NCBI GenBank assembly: GCA_964575955.1
Contig: CAZNTG010000006.1
Location: forward strand, 480,001-544,000
Direction of reading: 5' to 3'
DNA length: 64,000 nucleotides
Origin: an uncultured Thermoproteaceae archaeon
GTDB taxonomy: Archaea > Thermoproteota > Thermoprotei > Thermoproteales > Thermocladiaceae
The notes beneath the pieces were generated by a model that worked only from the letters and a program-made list of their open reading frames with translations, did not search any database and had not been told where the DNA came from. Each line of letters opens with the position of its first letter. The first letter of the stretch is position 1. Below are positions 22,338 through 33,581 of the stretch, in pieces. The position numbers and the translations under genes were made by a program.

Positions 22338-23669
22338 CTATATCGAGACTAGTATTAGCAGTATCTTGTATATTGCATATATTATTGATATCAGTAGTGT
22401 TAATCCTAAGATTCTTATGAATAGTTTAGCTGTCTCTTTTGTAAATAGTGTTGTATATGTTAAACTTGTAATTGATATATTGTATATTGTTCTAGCATAG
22501 TTTAATGCTAAACTTCTAGGCACTATTGCAACTTCAGGTATTGCTATTAGTACTATAGATAGTGTTAATCCTCCAATTCCTGTAGCTATTAGAAATAGTA
22601 TGTAGTAATTTTTCAATAACATAGATATTATTGATGCAATTAGTGTTCCAACTTCATAACCAATTTGTGATAATGCTGAAACTCTCAATGTTCCAAGTTC
22701 TGTAACATATGTTGAGTATATTGCAGTTATCAGTATAAAACCACCCATTGTACAGGTTGAAAATATGAAGTATAGTAGTGGTTGAATATATACACTACTT
22801 ATCAATATTGGTAAGCATGTTGATAATACTAAAATTACTAGAGATATTCTACATAGATTATTACTTCTCCATACTAATGATCCTACTATAGTTCCTACAG
22901 ATCCTGATATTGCTATTATTGTTGCATATATTTGAGAAGCTTTTAATATAGATTTCATATATGGTATCCATATCATATATATCAAGTTTATACAAGAGCA
23001 GAATAGTATGTAGAACAGTAGAGATGTAACTTTACCAATCTCAACTTCAAACCTTACAGTAGATATTTGAACTGTTGATATTATAGGCTTAAATTCTGCT
23101 ATTAATAATACTGAGGTTCCAATAAGACCTACAAAACCTGAAAGTAGGTATAGGTATGTATATACTATAAGATTTCCATGAAATATCCATATTGTAATTA
23201 TTGATAGTAATATTCCAATTATAGATGTTGCAGATCCTATAGCAAATCTTTTAGATACAATATCTACAATATCTCTACCTGTAAATGATGAATATATTAA
23301 GTAGTTTAGAAATATACCTACAGGAGTTGTTATGAACATTGCAATACATGCAATGCAGATTTCAACAATTTTAAAATATATGAATAATGGTAATATCATC
23401 CAGAATATTCTCTCAAGACCATGACATACTATTGTCAATATTCTCAATATGTTATGTGAAAATGTTCCTCTCTTATAGATATATACTGCATATATTGTAG
23501 ATGCTATAGCTTGTATGAGAAATATTATTGATATTAATGTTAAATTATAACCTGCATAGCTTAACATTATTATGAAGAAACTTCTAGTAATAGCAACATA
23601 GAAACCTCCAGTACCTGCCTCAACTATTAAACTCAACTTTGGACCTATACTACGCATAGATATGAGCAC
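22338..23669 (-). CDS. MFS-type membrane protein
   Basis: About 12 hydrophobic segments, GLERIFW. Confidence 0.7.
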   Translation of the reverse strand: MLISMRSIGPKLSLIVEAGTGGFYVAITRSFFIIMLSYAGYNLTLISIIFLIQAIASTIYAVYIYKRGTFSHNILRILTIVCHGLERIFWMILPLFIYFKIVEICIACIAMFITTPVGIFLNYLIYSSFTGRDIVDIVSKRFAIGSATSIIGILLSIITIWIFHGNLIVYTYLYLLSGFVGLIGTSVLLIAEFKPIISTVQISTVRFEVEIGKVTSLLFYILFCSCINLIYMIWIPYMKSILKASQIYATIIAISGSVGTIVGSLVWRSNNLCRISLVILVLSTCLPILISSVYIQPLLYFIFSTCTMGGFILITAIYSTYVTELGTLRVSALSQIGYEVGTLIASIISMLLKNYYILFLIATGIGGLTLSIVLIAIPEVAIVPRSLALNYARTIYNISITSLTYTTLFTKETAKLFIRILGLTLLISIIYAIYKILLILVSI

Positions 23670-23718
23670 TATATGCTAAATGCAAACGCTTATTAAGCCT
23701 AGTTTATGAAGTTCTACA

Positions 23719-24252
23719 ATGCCACTAAGACCAGGAAGGTGTTATAGATATTTCAGTGGACCACCATACACTAGGATTGAGTATATACATGGAGCACCAT
23801 ATGTACAGATACCAAAATTTGATATGGGTGCTACAAGTGCTGCTGCTAGAGCAAGATTTGACACAGTTGTAAAACTTGTAGCTGAGGAGATAGGTCAGAT
23901 AAGGATGAATGCTCTAGAAGCTGCAAGACAGATGGCGTTTAAGTATTTAAACAAGGTTCTAGGTCAAGAAAACTTTTATCTAAGAATTAACGTATATCCA
24001 TTCCACGTTCTTAGAGAGAATAAGATGTTAGCAATGGCAGGTGCTGACAGACTTCAGGAAGGTATGAGATTAGCATTTGGAACACCTGTAGGTAGAGCTG
24101 TGAGAGTTGAAAGACCTGGAACAATAATAATGTTTGTAGAAGTCGAGGAGAAAAATGTTGAACATGCAAAAGAAGCTTTGAGAAGAGCTAAATCTAAACT
24201 ATCAATACCGTGCAGAATAGTTGTTGAGAAGAAAAACATGAACAATAAGTAA
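23719..24252 (+). CDS. rpl10e: 50S ribosomal protein uL16 (L10e)
   Basis: MPLRPGRCYR and ENKMLAMAGADRLQEGMRLAFG. Confidence 0.97.
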   Translation: MPLRPGRCYRYFSGPPYTRIEYIHGAPYVQIPKFDMGATSAAARARFDTVVKLVAEEIGQIRMNALEAARQMAFKYLNKVLGQENFYLRINVYPFHVLRENKMLAMAGADRLQEGMRLAFGTPVGRAVRVERPGTIIMFVEVEEKNVEHAKEALRRAKSKLSIPCRIVVEKKNMNNK

Positions 24253-24324
24253 GACAGTTCCGATAGTTTTAAATTAGTAACACCTCTACCATATCTCTAG
24301 AAGAATATAGATAGGTGAAGTATA

Positions 24325-25110
24325 ATGTGGAATGGAGTAGATACAAGACAGCTATATAGAGATAGAGTAGAGGTTGCAATAGATCTATGGGATAAAGTAC
24401 TTAGAGGACAAATAACTAGCAGATCTCAACTTGAAGAACAGCTATATGTTGAATATAAGAGGAGAGGTATAGAACCATTTAGAGGATTTAGTAAAATAAA
24501 GATATACGATAAGGAGATTGCAACAATATTCGTAATTGGGAGATATGGTCTAGGACTTGATGACGATATTATAGAATCTACAAAACACATATTCAATGTA
24601 GAGTATAGATGTGATAGAGCGTACAGATTATTGAAGAGATATGACTTTGATGTATATAACAATCCTGAACTTAAAGATACAATAAGAGAATTAATAAACG
24701 TTCCAGAGTTAGGATATGGACTTGAAGATAGAGTATTTAGACTTATGAGATATGTATTCACAGGGACATTACTAACATTCTTTCCAGAAGAAGATTTTGT
24801 ACAAACCTACAGAGCATTACAGGAAGTGTTTACAGAACTTAAAGACATATTGATAAGATATGTAAAATTCTACGTAGCTTTTAAGATAGCTGAAGGTATA
24901 GTTCTCGGTCAAATAGCTGATCCATCAGAGAGAAAGATATACAAATATGTCTACTGTGTTAAACTAAACGTTCAAAAGTGTGCACCATCAGACAGATTAA
25001 TTAGAGAAGTTGCATTGAGAGTATATAAGGTACCTAAGAGAGTAGTTGATAGATTATTTGCTGATCTATCACAAGGTTCTAGTAATATACCAACTGCAAG
25101 TTCAAAGTAG
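24325..25110 (+). CDS. Conserved crenarchaeal protein (DUF2192-like)
   Basis: IEPFRG, YDKEIATIFVIGRYGLGL and YVAFKIAE. Confidence 0.75.
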   Translation: MWNGVDTRQLYRDRVEVAIDLWDKVLRGQITSRSQLEEQLYVEYKRRGIEPFRGFSKIKIYDKEIATIFVIGRYGLGLDDDIIESTKHIFNVEYRCDRAYRLLKRYDFDVYNNPELKDTIRELINVPELGYGLEDRVFRLMRYVFTGTLLTFFPEEDFVQTYRALQEVFTELKDILIRYVKFYVAFKIAEGIVLGQIADPSERKIYKYVYCVKLNVQKCAPSDRLIREVALRVYKVPKRVVDRLFADLSQGSSNIPTASSK

Positions 25111-25120
25111 TATAAATTTT

Positions 25121-26185
25121 TCAAATCTCTTTCTCAAGTATGTATATTGTAGATATCATACCACCCTGTTCAACAAATCTCCTACCTATAATACGAAATT
25201 TCAATCTTCTTAATATCTTATCAACAATACCTCTTCTAGAAGTTATGAATACAACTCTACTTCCAACATCAATAATATTGTAAAATTCATTAAGAATCTT
25301 ACTATAGAATCTATCTAATTTATCTATTGGCTCCATCCTGACTCCATATGGAGGATTTGTAACTATTCCATCACAACTCTTTATAAATTTACTCAATCTT
25401 GTAGAGTCTGAACATATTATACAACATCTATCATATATATCAGCTTCTCTTATGTTCATTATTGATCCTAGACAATTTCTATAGTCTATATCAGTTCCAA
25501 TATATGTAGAATTTCTATAGTAGTTTAAACCTTCTATAATTATAGTTCCAGAACCACATAGTGGATCTAGTAGTAGATATCTACCGTCTGGATCATAGTC
25601 TAGAAGTACGTTCATAGCATATGCAAGTGGTGGATTTATTGTTGCTTCATGATGATATACTCTATATGGTCTATGTCTTAGAGATCTTCTAACAATTTCT
25701 ATCGATAGTATGTATCTATTTCCAATTATGTCAAACTCTATAACTACGTCAGGATTTTCTAAATCAACTATAGGTATGTAACCTCTAGTTCTCTTAACAT
25801 ATTGTCTAACATATTCTCCAAATATTTTCATAATATCCATACTTGTGAAGTTGTGATTACCTGCACGTACAGATCTTACTGCAAATGTTGTATTATGTGT
25901 TAGATATTTTACCACATCTTCAATATCTATACTATGTATTAGCTTTTCTAAATCTTCAATATTTTTACCTTCAAAAATTCCATAGTTTATAACTATGTAT
26001 GCTTTCTCTATACTTCTCATCTTTCTTATAAAGTTTAGAGATTTACATTCTAAATCTACAATAATTCTACCCCCAAGTTCTGATATACCAATCTTTTCCC
26101 AACTTCTAACGTTTATATTCATTCTATCTAATTCTCTAATAACTACATCTTCAATTCCTGGCACTGTTGTGAACATTAACTTCAT
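25121..26185 (-). CDS. THUMP-domain tRNA guanine-N2 methyltransferase (Trm14-like)
   Basis: TTVPGIED, THUMP domain, DPLCGSGTI and NPPYG. Confidence 0.88.
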   Translation of the reverse strand: MKLMFTTVPGIEDVVIRELDRMNINVRSWEKIGISELGGRIIVDLECKSLNFIRKMRSIEKAYIVINYGIFEGKNIEDLEKLIHSIDIEDVVKYLTHNTTFAVRSVRAGNHNFTSMDIMKIFGEYVRQYVKRTRGYIPIVDLENPDVVIEFDIIGNRYILSIEIVRRSLRHRPYRVYHHEATINPPLAYAMNVLLDYDPDGRYLLLDPLCGSGTIIIEGLNYYRNSTYIGTDIDYRNCLGSIMNIREADIYDRCCIICSDSTRLSKFIKSCDGIVTNPPYGVRMEPIDKLDRFYSKILNEFYNIIDVGSRVVFITSRRGIVDKILRRLKFRIIGRRFVEQGGMISTIYILEKEI

Positions 26186-26257
26186 AAAATTTTCTATAGT
26201 CCTAACATCGACACGTATTTATAAACCTCCTATTCACTATTTTAGCCGACGAAAGAG

Positions 26258-27844
26258 ATGAGTCTTGAGAGGAGTGTAGATCTGTATATTCCGGATAGTA
26301 CAGTATTCCTAGATGGTAGTTTGAAAGAGCTCATACTTAAGGGTAGTATTCGTGGTAAGGTTCTGATACATACCATCATAGTTAGGAAGTTTGAGAGTGA
26401 GTATAGGAGAGGTAGTGCACTTGGTCTTCTTGGAATTAAAGAGCTTGAAGATATTATGACTAGTGTTAAGAAGCTTGGCTTAGAAGATTATGTTAAGCTA
26501 GATTTCATATCTGAACTACCTAAAGGATATAGAATTGATGATGTTGATAAGGCTGACGAGATTTGTAGAGAACTTGCTAGAGAGTGGAATGCCATCTTAG
26601 TAACTAGTGAAGAGATGGCATACCTAATATGTACAGCTACAGGAACTAGATGTATATATACTGGTAAGCAGAAAAGGTTAGAATTTGAAAAATATTTCGA
26701 TAAACATACACTATCTGTACATTTGAAAGAAGGATGTGTACCATATGCTAAACGTGGAACACCTGGTAATTGGGCTCTAGTTCCTGTTGGTGAGAATGTA
26801 CTAACTAGAGAATACTTGGAGAGACTTGTTAGAGAGATTGTAAGTTCAAGTTTTAAGATTGAACCACTATGTAGACTTGAGATATGTAGAGAACATTCAA
26901 TTGTTGCTCAATGCGGTGAATATAGAGTTGTGATTGCAATGCCTCCAGTATCTGATGGTATTGAGATAACAATTGCAAAACCTGTAATTAGAAAGAGACT
27001 TGAAGACTATAATCTACATCCAAAGATATTTGAGAGATTGAACCAGGCTGAGGGTATTGTAATTGCAGGACAGCCAGGTGCTGGTAAGACAACATTTGCA
27101 CAAGCATTAGCAGAGTACTATATGAGACTTGGAAAGGTGGTTAAGACTATTGAAAGTCCTAGAGATATGGTTCTTCCAAATGAGATAACACAATATTCAA
27201 AAACCTACGCAACATCTGAAGAACTTCACGATCTACTACTACTATCTAGACCTGACTTCACAATATTTGACGAGATGAGAGATACTGCAGACTTTCAACT
27301 ATATATAGATCTGAGATTAGCAGGTGTTGGTATGGTAGGTGTTGTACATGCAACATCACCAATAGATGCAATTCAGAGATTCGTACATAGAGTAGATCTT
27401 GGACTACTACCATCAATAGTTGATACTGTGATATTTATGAGAAATGGAGAAGTTGAAAAAGTGTATGCACTTGAGATGGTTGTTAAAGTACCTGAAGGAT
27501 TAAGAGAAGAAGATCTTGCAAGACCTGTAGTTGTTGTTCGCGATTTCATAACTGGAGAACCTGAATATGAAATATACGTATTTGGTGAAGAGAAGTTCAT
27601 AGTACCTCTAAAGAAGACACTACCACCTAGAACAGCAATCGATAGAAAGGTTATGACACGTATTGTAAGAGCATTGAGAAAATACATACCGCCAAACGAG
27701 ATTAGAATTGAAAAAGCTGCAGATAATGTGTATATAGTTAAGATACCCGAAAGCTATATGGGTATAGCAATATCTAGAGGATTACCAAAAATTGAAGCAT
27801 TGAAAAGGAAGTTTAACGTTGATATTAGAGTAGAGCCTAGGTAG
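26258..27844 (+). CDS. PINA-type PIN/VirB11-like ATPase with C-terminal KH domain
   Basis: PDSTV PIN start, SVHLKEG, GQPGAGKT, FDEMR and GVVHATSPIDAIQRF. Confidence 0.92.
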   Translation: MSLERSVDLYIPDSTVFLDGSLKELILKGSIRGKVLIHTIIVRKFESEYRRGSALGLLGIKELEDIMTSVKKLGLEDYVKLDFISELPKGYRIDDVDKADEICRELAREWNAILVTSEEMAYLICTATGTRCIYTGKQKRLEFEKYFDKHTLSVHLKEGCVPYAKRGTPGNWALVPVGENVLTREYLERLVREIVSSSFKIEPLCRLEICREHSIVAQCGEYRVVIAMPPVSDGIEITIAKPVIRKRLEDYNLHPKIFERLNQAEGIVIAGQPGAGKTTFAQALAEYYMRLGKVVKTIESPRDMVLPNEITQYSKTYATSEELHDLLLLSRPDFTIFDEMRDTADFQLYIDLRLAGVGMVGVVHATSPIDAIQRFVHRVDLGLLPSIVDTVIFMRNGEVEKVYALEMVVKVPEGLREEDLARPVVVVRDFITGEPEYEIYVFGEEKFIVPLKKTLPPRTAIDRKVMTRIVRALRKYIPPNEIRIEKAADNVYIVKIPESYMGIAISRGLPKIEALKRKFNVDIRVEPR

Positions 27845-27909
27845 TGATTTCTATCCTACGAGCAAAAATTATATAGGAGTCTGCATGGTTAAAAATCACT
27901 TGATTAGTC

Positions 27910-28959
27910 ATGAGTATATTTGATAAATTGAGAAGGAGGAAGAGAGAAGAACAGGTACAGTATGTAGCACCTCCACCACAGTACTACTACACACAGCCAT
28001 ATCAATATCCACAGCATCAGTATGTAAATATTCCACAAGAATCTACACAATCATCAGGTCAGGTACAGACACCATATTATGAATATGCAAATCCATATCA
28101 AACATCAATTCCTCAATATCAAGTACCTGTAAATGTTCCATACCAACCTGAAGTACCACCAACACCATATGTGTACTATGATGCTAATAAGGCATGTACG
28201 GGAGTTTATGGTCTAGATATTCAACTACAGGGTGGATTTAGGAGAGGTGAAATATATCTAATAGCTGGAGAAGCAGGAATGGGTAAGACAATATTTGCAT
28301 TACAATTTCTAAAGACTGGAGCTGATAGAGGTGAGGTAGGAATATACATAACGGTTGATGAACCATCAGAAGATGTTAAGAGAGGTGTTAAAGAATCTCT
28401 AGGATGGGATTTAGAACAGTATGAAAATGCTGGAAAGTTAATATTCTTAGACTTCCGTACACATTTTAGAGTATATAATAGAGAGTCAAACATAACATTA
28501 GACCCTAGAGAGCTTGCAAAGATAATTATAGACTACATAAAGAGGTATAATGCTAAGAGACTTGTAATTGATCCAATAGCACCACTAATAATAACAAGTC
28601 ACCATGACATACTGTGGGTTAGAGAATATCTTAGAGAGCTAGTATTTCAACTTAAGAAGTTTAAAGATGTAACAACAGTATTAACATCTGAAATACCTAC
28701 AGGAGAGGAGAAGAAGATTAGTAGATTTGGAGTTGAAGAATATCTTGCAAGTGGTGTAATTGTACTTACACTAGAGGAATACTATGGAAGACTTATGAGA
28801 GTCATGTTTATTAGAAAGATGAGATGGACACCTATAAACCCTGTAAAACTAGTATTCGAGATTAGGTATAATGAAGGTATAGTAGTTTTGAGAAGACTTG
28901 ATGAATATCTTCAAGAACTTTCAAAACAGTATGGAAAACCTGTAAGACATATATGGTGA
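27910..28959 (+). CDS. RAD55/KaiC-like ATPase with a Q/P/Y-rich N-terminal extension
   Basis: TGVYGLD, GEAGMGKT, RLVIDP, GVEEYLASGVI and RKMR. Confidence 0.88.
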   Translation: MSIFDKLRRRKREEQVQYVAPPPQYYYTQPYQYPQHQYVNIPQESTQSSGQVQTPYYEYANPYQTSIPQYQVPVNVPYQPEVPPTPYVYYDANKACTGVYGLDIQLQGGFRRGEIYLIAGEAGMGKTIFALQFLKTGADRGEVGIYITVDEPSEDVKRGVKESLGWDLEQYENAGKLIFLDFRTHFRVYNRESNITLDPRELAKIIIDYIKRYNAKRLVIDPIAPLIITSHHDILWVREYLRELVFQLKKFKDVTTVLTSEIPTGEEKKISRFGVEEYLASGVIVLTLEEYYGRLMRVMFIRKMRWTPINPVKLVFEIRYNEGIVVLRRLDEYLQELSKQYGKPVRHIW

Positions 28960-28963
28960 CCTT

Positions 28964-30349
28964 ATGAAAACATTAATAGAGTCTTTCTCAAAGATAGTAT
29001 CAAAGATTAGAGGACTAGTATACATTGATGAGGAAACTCTAAAAGAGATATTAAAAGATATTCAAAGAGCATTATTGAAAGCTGATGTAAGTGTTGAAAT
29101 AGTGTACAATCTTACTAAAAATATTGAGAAGAAGTTTAAAGAATCTAAAATACCTAGTGGTGTATCTCCAAAAGACTATCTAATATACATCATATATAAT
29201 GAGATGATTAACATACTTGGTGGTGATAATCCACCTCAAGTTGACATACCTAGAAGACCGTACAAGCTAATGCTTGTAGGTATTGAAGGTTGTGGTAAAA
29301 CTACAACAGCTGCAAAATTAGCATACTTCTACACTAGGAAGAAATTGAAGGTTGGACTTATACAGACAGACATTCATAGACCTGGTGCAAAAGATCAACT
29401 TAAACAACTAGCAGATAGGATAGGTGTACCATTCTATGGCGATCCCGGTCATCATGATCCTGTTAAGATTGGTCTTGAGGGAATTGAAAATATGTTAAAG
29501 CTTGGTGTTGATCTCATAATTATAGATACTGCAGGTAGACATAAGAGTGAGCAAGAGCTTATGGATGAGATAAAGAGACTTTACGAAGCATTAAAACCTG
29601 ATGAGGTCATGTTAGTGATTGATGCAACATCAGGTAAGCAAGCTGCAGCACAGGCAGAAGCATTTATGAAGTATGTACCTATACACTCCATATTTATAAC
29701 AAAGATGGACAGTACTGCACGTGGTGGAGGTGCTCTAATGTCTGTAATAAAGACTGGAGCAAAAATCAAATTTATAGGTACAGGAGAAGATGTTGAAGAG
29801 ATAGAAATATTTAATCCAAGAAGGTTTGTATCTAGACTACTAGGTTTAGGAGACCTTGAAACATTGATAGAGAAGGTTAAAGCTATTGAAGAAGAAGAGA
29901 AGATTGTTAAAGAGATTGAAAAAGAGATTGAAGAAGGTAAATTAACATTACTAACATTTAAAAAACAGCTTGAAACAATAATGAAGCTAGGTCCACTAAG
30001 TAAAATTCTCGAATTACTACCAATGCAGGCATTTCCAACACAATTCATGAAAGGACTATCAGATGAACAACTACAAGCTACACAAGAGAAGATGCGTAAA
30101 TGGTATGCAATACTACAATCTATGACTAAAGAAGAACTACTAAATCCTGACATAATAGACTCTTCAAGAATTAGAAGAATTGCTAGAGGTTCAGGAACTA
30201 GTCCAAAAGATGTTAAAGAACTATTACAATACTACAACATGGTTAAGAGATTTATAACAGGTATAAAGAAGTCTAGGAAGAGATTACCTAAAAGCCTACT
30301 TAAACAATTTGATATTGACATAAGTGATCTAGAGAAAGTAGGTAAATGA
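28964..30349 (+). CDS. srp54: Signal recognition particle protein SRP54
   Basis: GCGKTT, DTAGRH, TKMD and M-domain SRIRRIARGSG. Confidence 0.97.
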   Translation: MKTLIESFSKIVSKIRGLVYIDEETLKEILKDIQRALLKADVSVEIVYNLTKNIEKKFKESKIPSGVSPKDYLIYIIYNEMINILGGDNPPQVDIPRRPYKLMLVGIEGCGKTTTAAKLAYFYTRKKLKVGLIQTDIHRPGAKDQLKQLADRIGVPFYGDPGHHDPVKIGLEGIENMLKLGVDLIIIDTAGRHKSEQELMDEIKRLYEALKPDEVMLVIDATSGKQAAAQAEAFMKYVPIHSIFITKMDSTARGGGALMSVIKTGAKIKFIGTGEDVEEIEIFNPRRFVSRLLGLGDLETLIEKVKAIEEEEKIVKEIEKEIEEGKLTLLTFKKQLETIMKLGPLSKILELLPMQAFPTQFMKGLSDEQLQATQEKMRKWYAILQSMTKEELLNPDIIDSSRIRRIARGSGTSPKDVKELLQYYNMVKRFITGIKKSRKRLPKSLLKQFDIDISDLEKVGK

Positions 30350-30900
30350 TAAATATACAAGATGTTATCAATAAAGTCATAAATTACCTAATTGAAAGAG
30401 GTTTTAATATAGAGAAAGTTCGTGAAAATCTACTAAATGCAAGACAAAATAGGCTCACAGTAGGAGTATGGTTCTCAGAGAAAGATTATCTAGATTGGTA
30501 TGATCCTCTAAACATAATTGATGAACTACAATTAACAAATGTAAATGCTATAATAATTATTGCACCAAGAGCATATACAATAGCTGATGAAGTATTGCAT
30601 AGTATTGATAGAGCTAGATACTGGTATGATATTTTCATAGATACGAAAGTGTATAGTGTAGAGATATCACTAATTGATAAAAACTTAGAAGAATCTATAA
30701 ATAACATACTTACAACATATATAGACCTTGTATCAAATGTAGTAGCTAGAGGATGTAGATGCCCAAGATGTCTATCAAATATGTACATAATGTACATAAA
30801 TAAGTTTTATAGTAGAATTTTGAAGTGTAGAGTAGTTGAATACATCTATAGATGTTCAAACTGTAGTCTTAAAATTCATAGACTTGAAAGATTAGAATAG
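30346..30900 (+). CDS. Hypothetical protein with C-terminal zinc ribbon
   Basis: CPRC...CSNC. Overlaps the srp54 stop. Confidence 0.65.
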   Translation: MINIQDVINKVINYLIERGFNIEKVRENLLNARQNRLTVGVWFSEKDYLDWYDPLNIIDELQLTNVNAIIIIAPRAYTIADEVLHSIDRARYWYDIFIDTKVYSVEISLIDKNLEESINNILTTYIDLVSNVVARGCRCPRCLSNMYIMYINKFYSRILKCRVVEYIYRCSNCSLKIHRLERLE

Positions 30901-30901
30901 T

Positions 30902-31651
30902 ATGATTAAAGTTGGTACTTGTGGATTAAGATCTCCAAGATCTAAATATTATAATAATCTAAATGTTGTAGAACTACAAGAAACATTTTACGATCTTCCT
31001 AATGAAGATAAGATGAGACAGTTAAGATCTGAAGCTCCTGAAAATTTTGAATTTACTGTAAAAGTTTTTCAAGCATTAACACATTCAAAATCATCTCCAA
31101 CATGGAGAAAAATTAAAACTAAACTACCTGGAAACTTAGATAATTATGGTCTACTTAGACCAACTAAAGAAAATTTTGAAATATGGAATGAATTTTTAAG
31201 AAGAGTTAAACCACTAAATGCTAAAATTTACATATTTCAAACACCATCATCACTACCATTTAATACAGATTCTATAAATTGGATTGAAGAATTTTTCAAT
31301 AATATTAAATCTAGAGATCTAGTAATTGGTTGGGAACCTAGAGGTAAATGGAATGAAAATGTTGAAATTTTGAAGAAAATACTATCTAAGTACGATATAA
31401 TACATGTTGTAGATCCATTCAGGAGAGAGCCTGTACATTATACAGATATTGTATATTTTAGACTTCATGGTATAGGTCCTGGTGAGGTAAACTATAGATA
31501 TAGATATACTGACGATGATTTAAATAAGCTTTTAAAAATATGTTTAAAGTATGTTAATGAGAGATGTGTAGTTTATGTACTTTTCAATAATGTATACATG
31601 TATGATGATGCTATTAGATTTATAAAACTTATAAATGAAGCATATAAATGA
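30902..31651 (+). CDS. DUF72 (YecE) family protein
   Basis: VGTCG, VELQETFY, WEPRG and YFRLHG. Confidence 0.92.
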   Translation: MIKVGTCGLRSPRSKYYNNLNVVELQETFYDLPNEDKMRQLRSEAPENFEFTVKVFQALTHSKSSPTWRKIKTKLPGNLDNYGLLRPTKENFEIWNEFLRRVKPLNAKIYIFQTPSSLPFNTDSINWIEEFFNNIKSRDLVIGWEPRGKWNENVEILKKILSKYDIIHVVDPFRREPVHYTDIVYFRLHGIGPGEVNYRYRYTDDDLNKLLKICLKYVNERCVVYVLFNNVYMYDDAIRFIKLINEAYK

Positions 31652-31693
31652 GCTTTAAAATCACTTATATACTCCACTAAGCATAATATACAT

Positions 31694-33088
31694 ATGTACA
31701 GGAAGTTTACTAAGATAATAGCAACTGTCGGTCCCTCAACAATGAGTAGAGATATACTACTTAGACTTGTTAGAGAGGGTGTTGATTGTTTTAGAATAAA
31801 TTTTGCACATGGAAATCCTGAGATTTGGAGTAATATCATAGCTATGATTAGAGATATTGAGGAATCTATAGATAAGCCTATTCCAATAATTGGAGATCTA
31901 CAGGGACCAACAGTTAGGACAGGTATTGTAGATTCACCATATAGTGTTAAGAAGGGGGATAAGGTTAGTATAGTACTCTCAGATAAAGGAACTTCTTCAA
32001 AATTTGAAATACCATTACCAAATAGGAAGGTTTTAGACATATTAGAGGAAGGAGATATAGTTGTTCTTGGTGCAGGTAGTGTATGGCTTAGAGTTGAAGA
32101 AGTTTTTCACGATCATGTAATATGTACAGTTCTTAACGACTCTACAATAAAGTCCGAGATGACTTTCGCAGTATTAGGAAAAGATTTACCATTACCAACA
32201 ATAACAGAGAAGGATATTAGAGATTTAGAATTTGCTATAAAATCAGATATTGACTATATTGGACTATCATTTGTAAGATCTAGAGAAGATGTTAGAATAG
32301 TTAGAGATTATTTACAAGATAGAGGTAAGTCTGATATAAAGATTATAGCAAAGATAGAAACTAGAAAAGCAGTAGAAAATCTGGACAGTATAATAAACGA
32401 GTCTGATGCTGTATTAGTAGCACGTGGAGATCTTGCAATGTATTTTCCACTTGAGAAAATTCCTGAAATTCAACTTAAGATAATTAGGAGAAGTCTATAC
32501 TATGCAAAGCCTGTAATAGTAGCAACACAGCTACTTGAATCTATGGTTGAAAAACCACTACCAACAAGATCAGAAGTTGTTGATGTAATGGTAGCTGTTA
32601 GAGAAGGTGTTGATGCTCTAATGCTTGCAGATGAGACAGCAATAGGGAAATATCCTGTTGATGCTGTTAAATGGTTGAGGAAAATTATTGAAGAAGCTGA
32701 GAGAGAGGTAAATATAGATGTAGAATATCCAAGAGGTAGTATATATGACAGATTTGCACATAGTGTTTCACATGTAGCAAATCTCCTAAATGCAAAAATA
32801 CTAATCTACACTAGAGGTGGAACAACAGCTAGAAGAGTCAGTAGATTTAGACCAAAAACACAGATATATGCAGCAACAGGAAGTGTTAAAGTTAGAAGAC
32901 AACTACAACTAATATGGGGAATAAAACCATACTTAATTGAAGATGTAGAAGATGTGTGGAATGCACTTAACAAGCTACTCGAGATATTGAAGAAAGAGGA
33001 AGAAATCTCTATTGGAGATATTGTAGTAATGACTGGAGGACTTAGAGAAGAGACAACAAACTTGATGAAGGTAATCATAGTTGACTAA
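31694..33088 (+). CDS. pyk: Pyruvate kinase
   Basis: KIIATVGP, RINFAHG, AKIE, VARGDL and ATQLLESM. Confidence 0.97.
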   Translation: MYRKFTKIIATVGPSTMSRDILLRLVREGVDCFRINFAHGNPEIWSNIIAMIRDIEESIDKPIPIIGDLQGPTVRTGIVDSPYSVKKGDKVSIVLSDKGTSSKFEIPLPNRKVLDILEEGDIVVLGAGSVWLRVEEVFHDHVICTVLNDSTIKSEMTFAVLGKDLPLPTITEKDIRDLEFAIKSDIDYIGLSFVRSREDVRIVRDYLQDRGKSDIKIIAKIETRKAVENLDSIINESDAVLVARGDLAMYFPLEKIPEIQLKIIRRSLYYAKPVIVATQLLESMVEKPLPTRSEVVDVMVAVREGVDALMLADETAIGKYPVDAVKWLRKIIEEAEREVNIDVEYPRGSIYDRFAHSVSHVANLLNAKILIYTRGGTTARRVSRFRPKTQIYAATGSVKVRRQLQLIWGIKPYLIEDVEDVWNALNKLLEILKKEEEISIGDIVVMTGGLREETTNLMKVIIVD

Positions 33089-33581
33089 TCTTCTCAACAC
33101 ACTTATCATATATACAATTCTTAAAATAGTTCTTATCAATAGACATAACGTAGCAGTCAGAACCATCAATATAATATCTTGGAATTCTTCTAATAATCTT
33201 AAAACCATACTTAGAGTATAGAGATATAGCAATATGATTATTAACCTGAACTTCTAGAAATACTTCATCAACATTATATTCATTAAAAAACATGAGTAGT
33301 GTATAGCATAGAAGTTTACTACCAATACCACAACCTTGAAACTTCTTATCTACAGCTAGATATAGAATGTGACCTCTACCATACTCTAAATTTGATATTG
33401 AAAATCCAACAACATTATTATCAATACATGCAACAAGTGAATATTTACAAATTTTAGAATATATCTCACTTATATATCTACATATTAATATTGAATCTTC
33501 TGGAAATACCTCTCTAATAATCTTAAATATGCTATCTAAATCTTCATATCTTATTCTTCTAATCTTAACTTGCATCTTCAA
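33075..33581 (-). CDS. RimI/Ard1-like GNAT acetyltransferase
   Basis: QGCGIGSKL, LEVQVNN and YYIDGSD. Confidence 0.88.
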   Translation of the reverse strand: MKMQVKIRRIRYEDLDSIFKIIREVFPEDSILICRYISEIYSKICKYSLVACIDNNVVGFSISNLEYGRGHILYLAVDKKFQGCGIGSKLLCYTLLMFFNEYNVDEVFLEVQVNNHIAISLYSKYGFKIIRRIPRYYIDGSDCYVMSIDKNYFKNCIYDKCVEKISQL

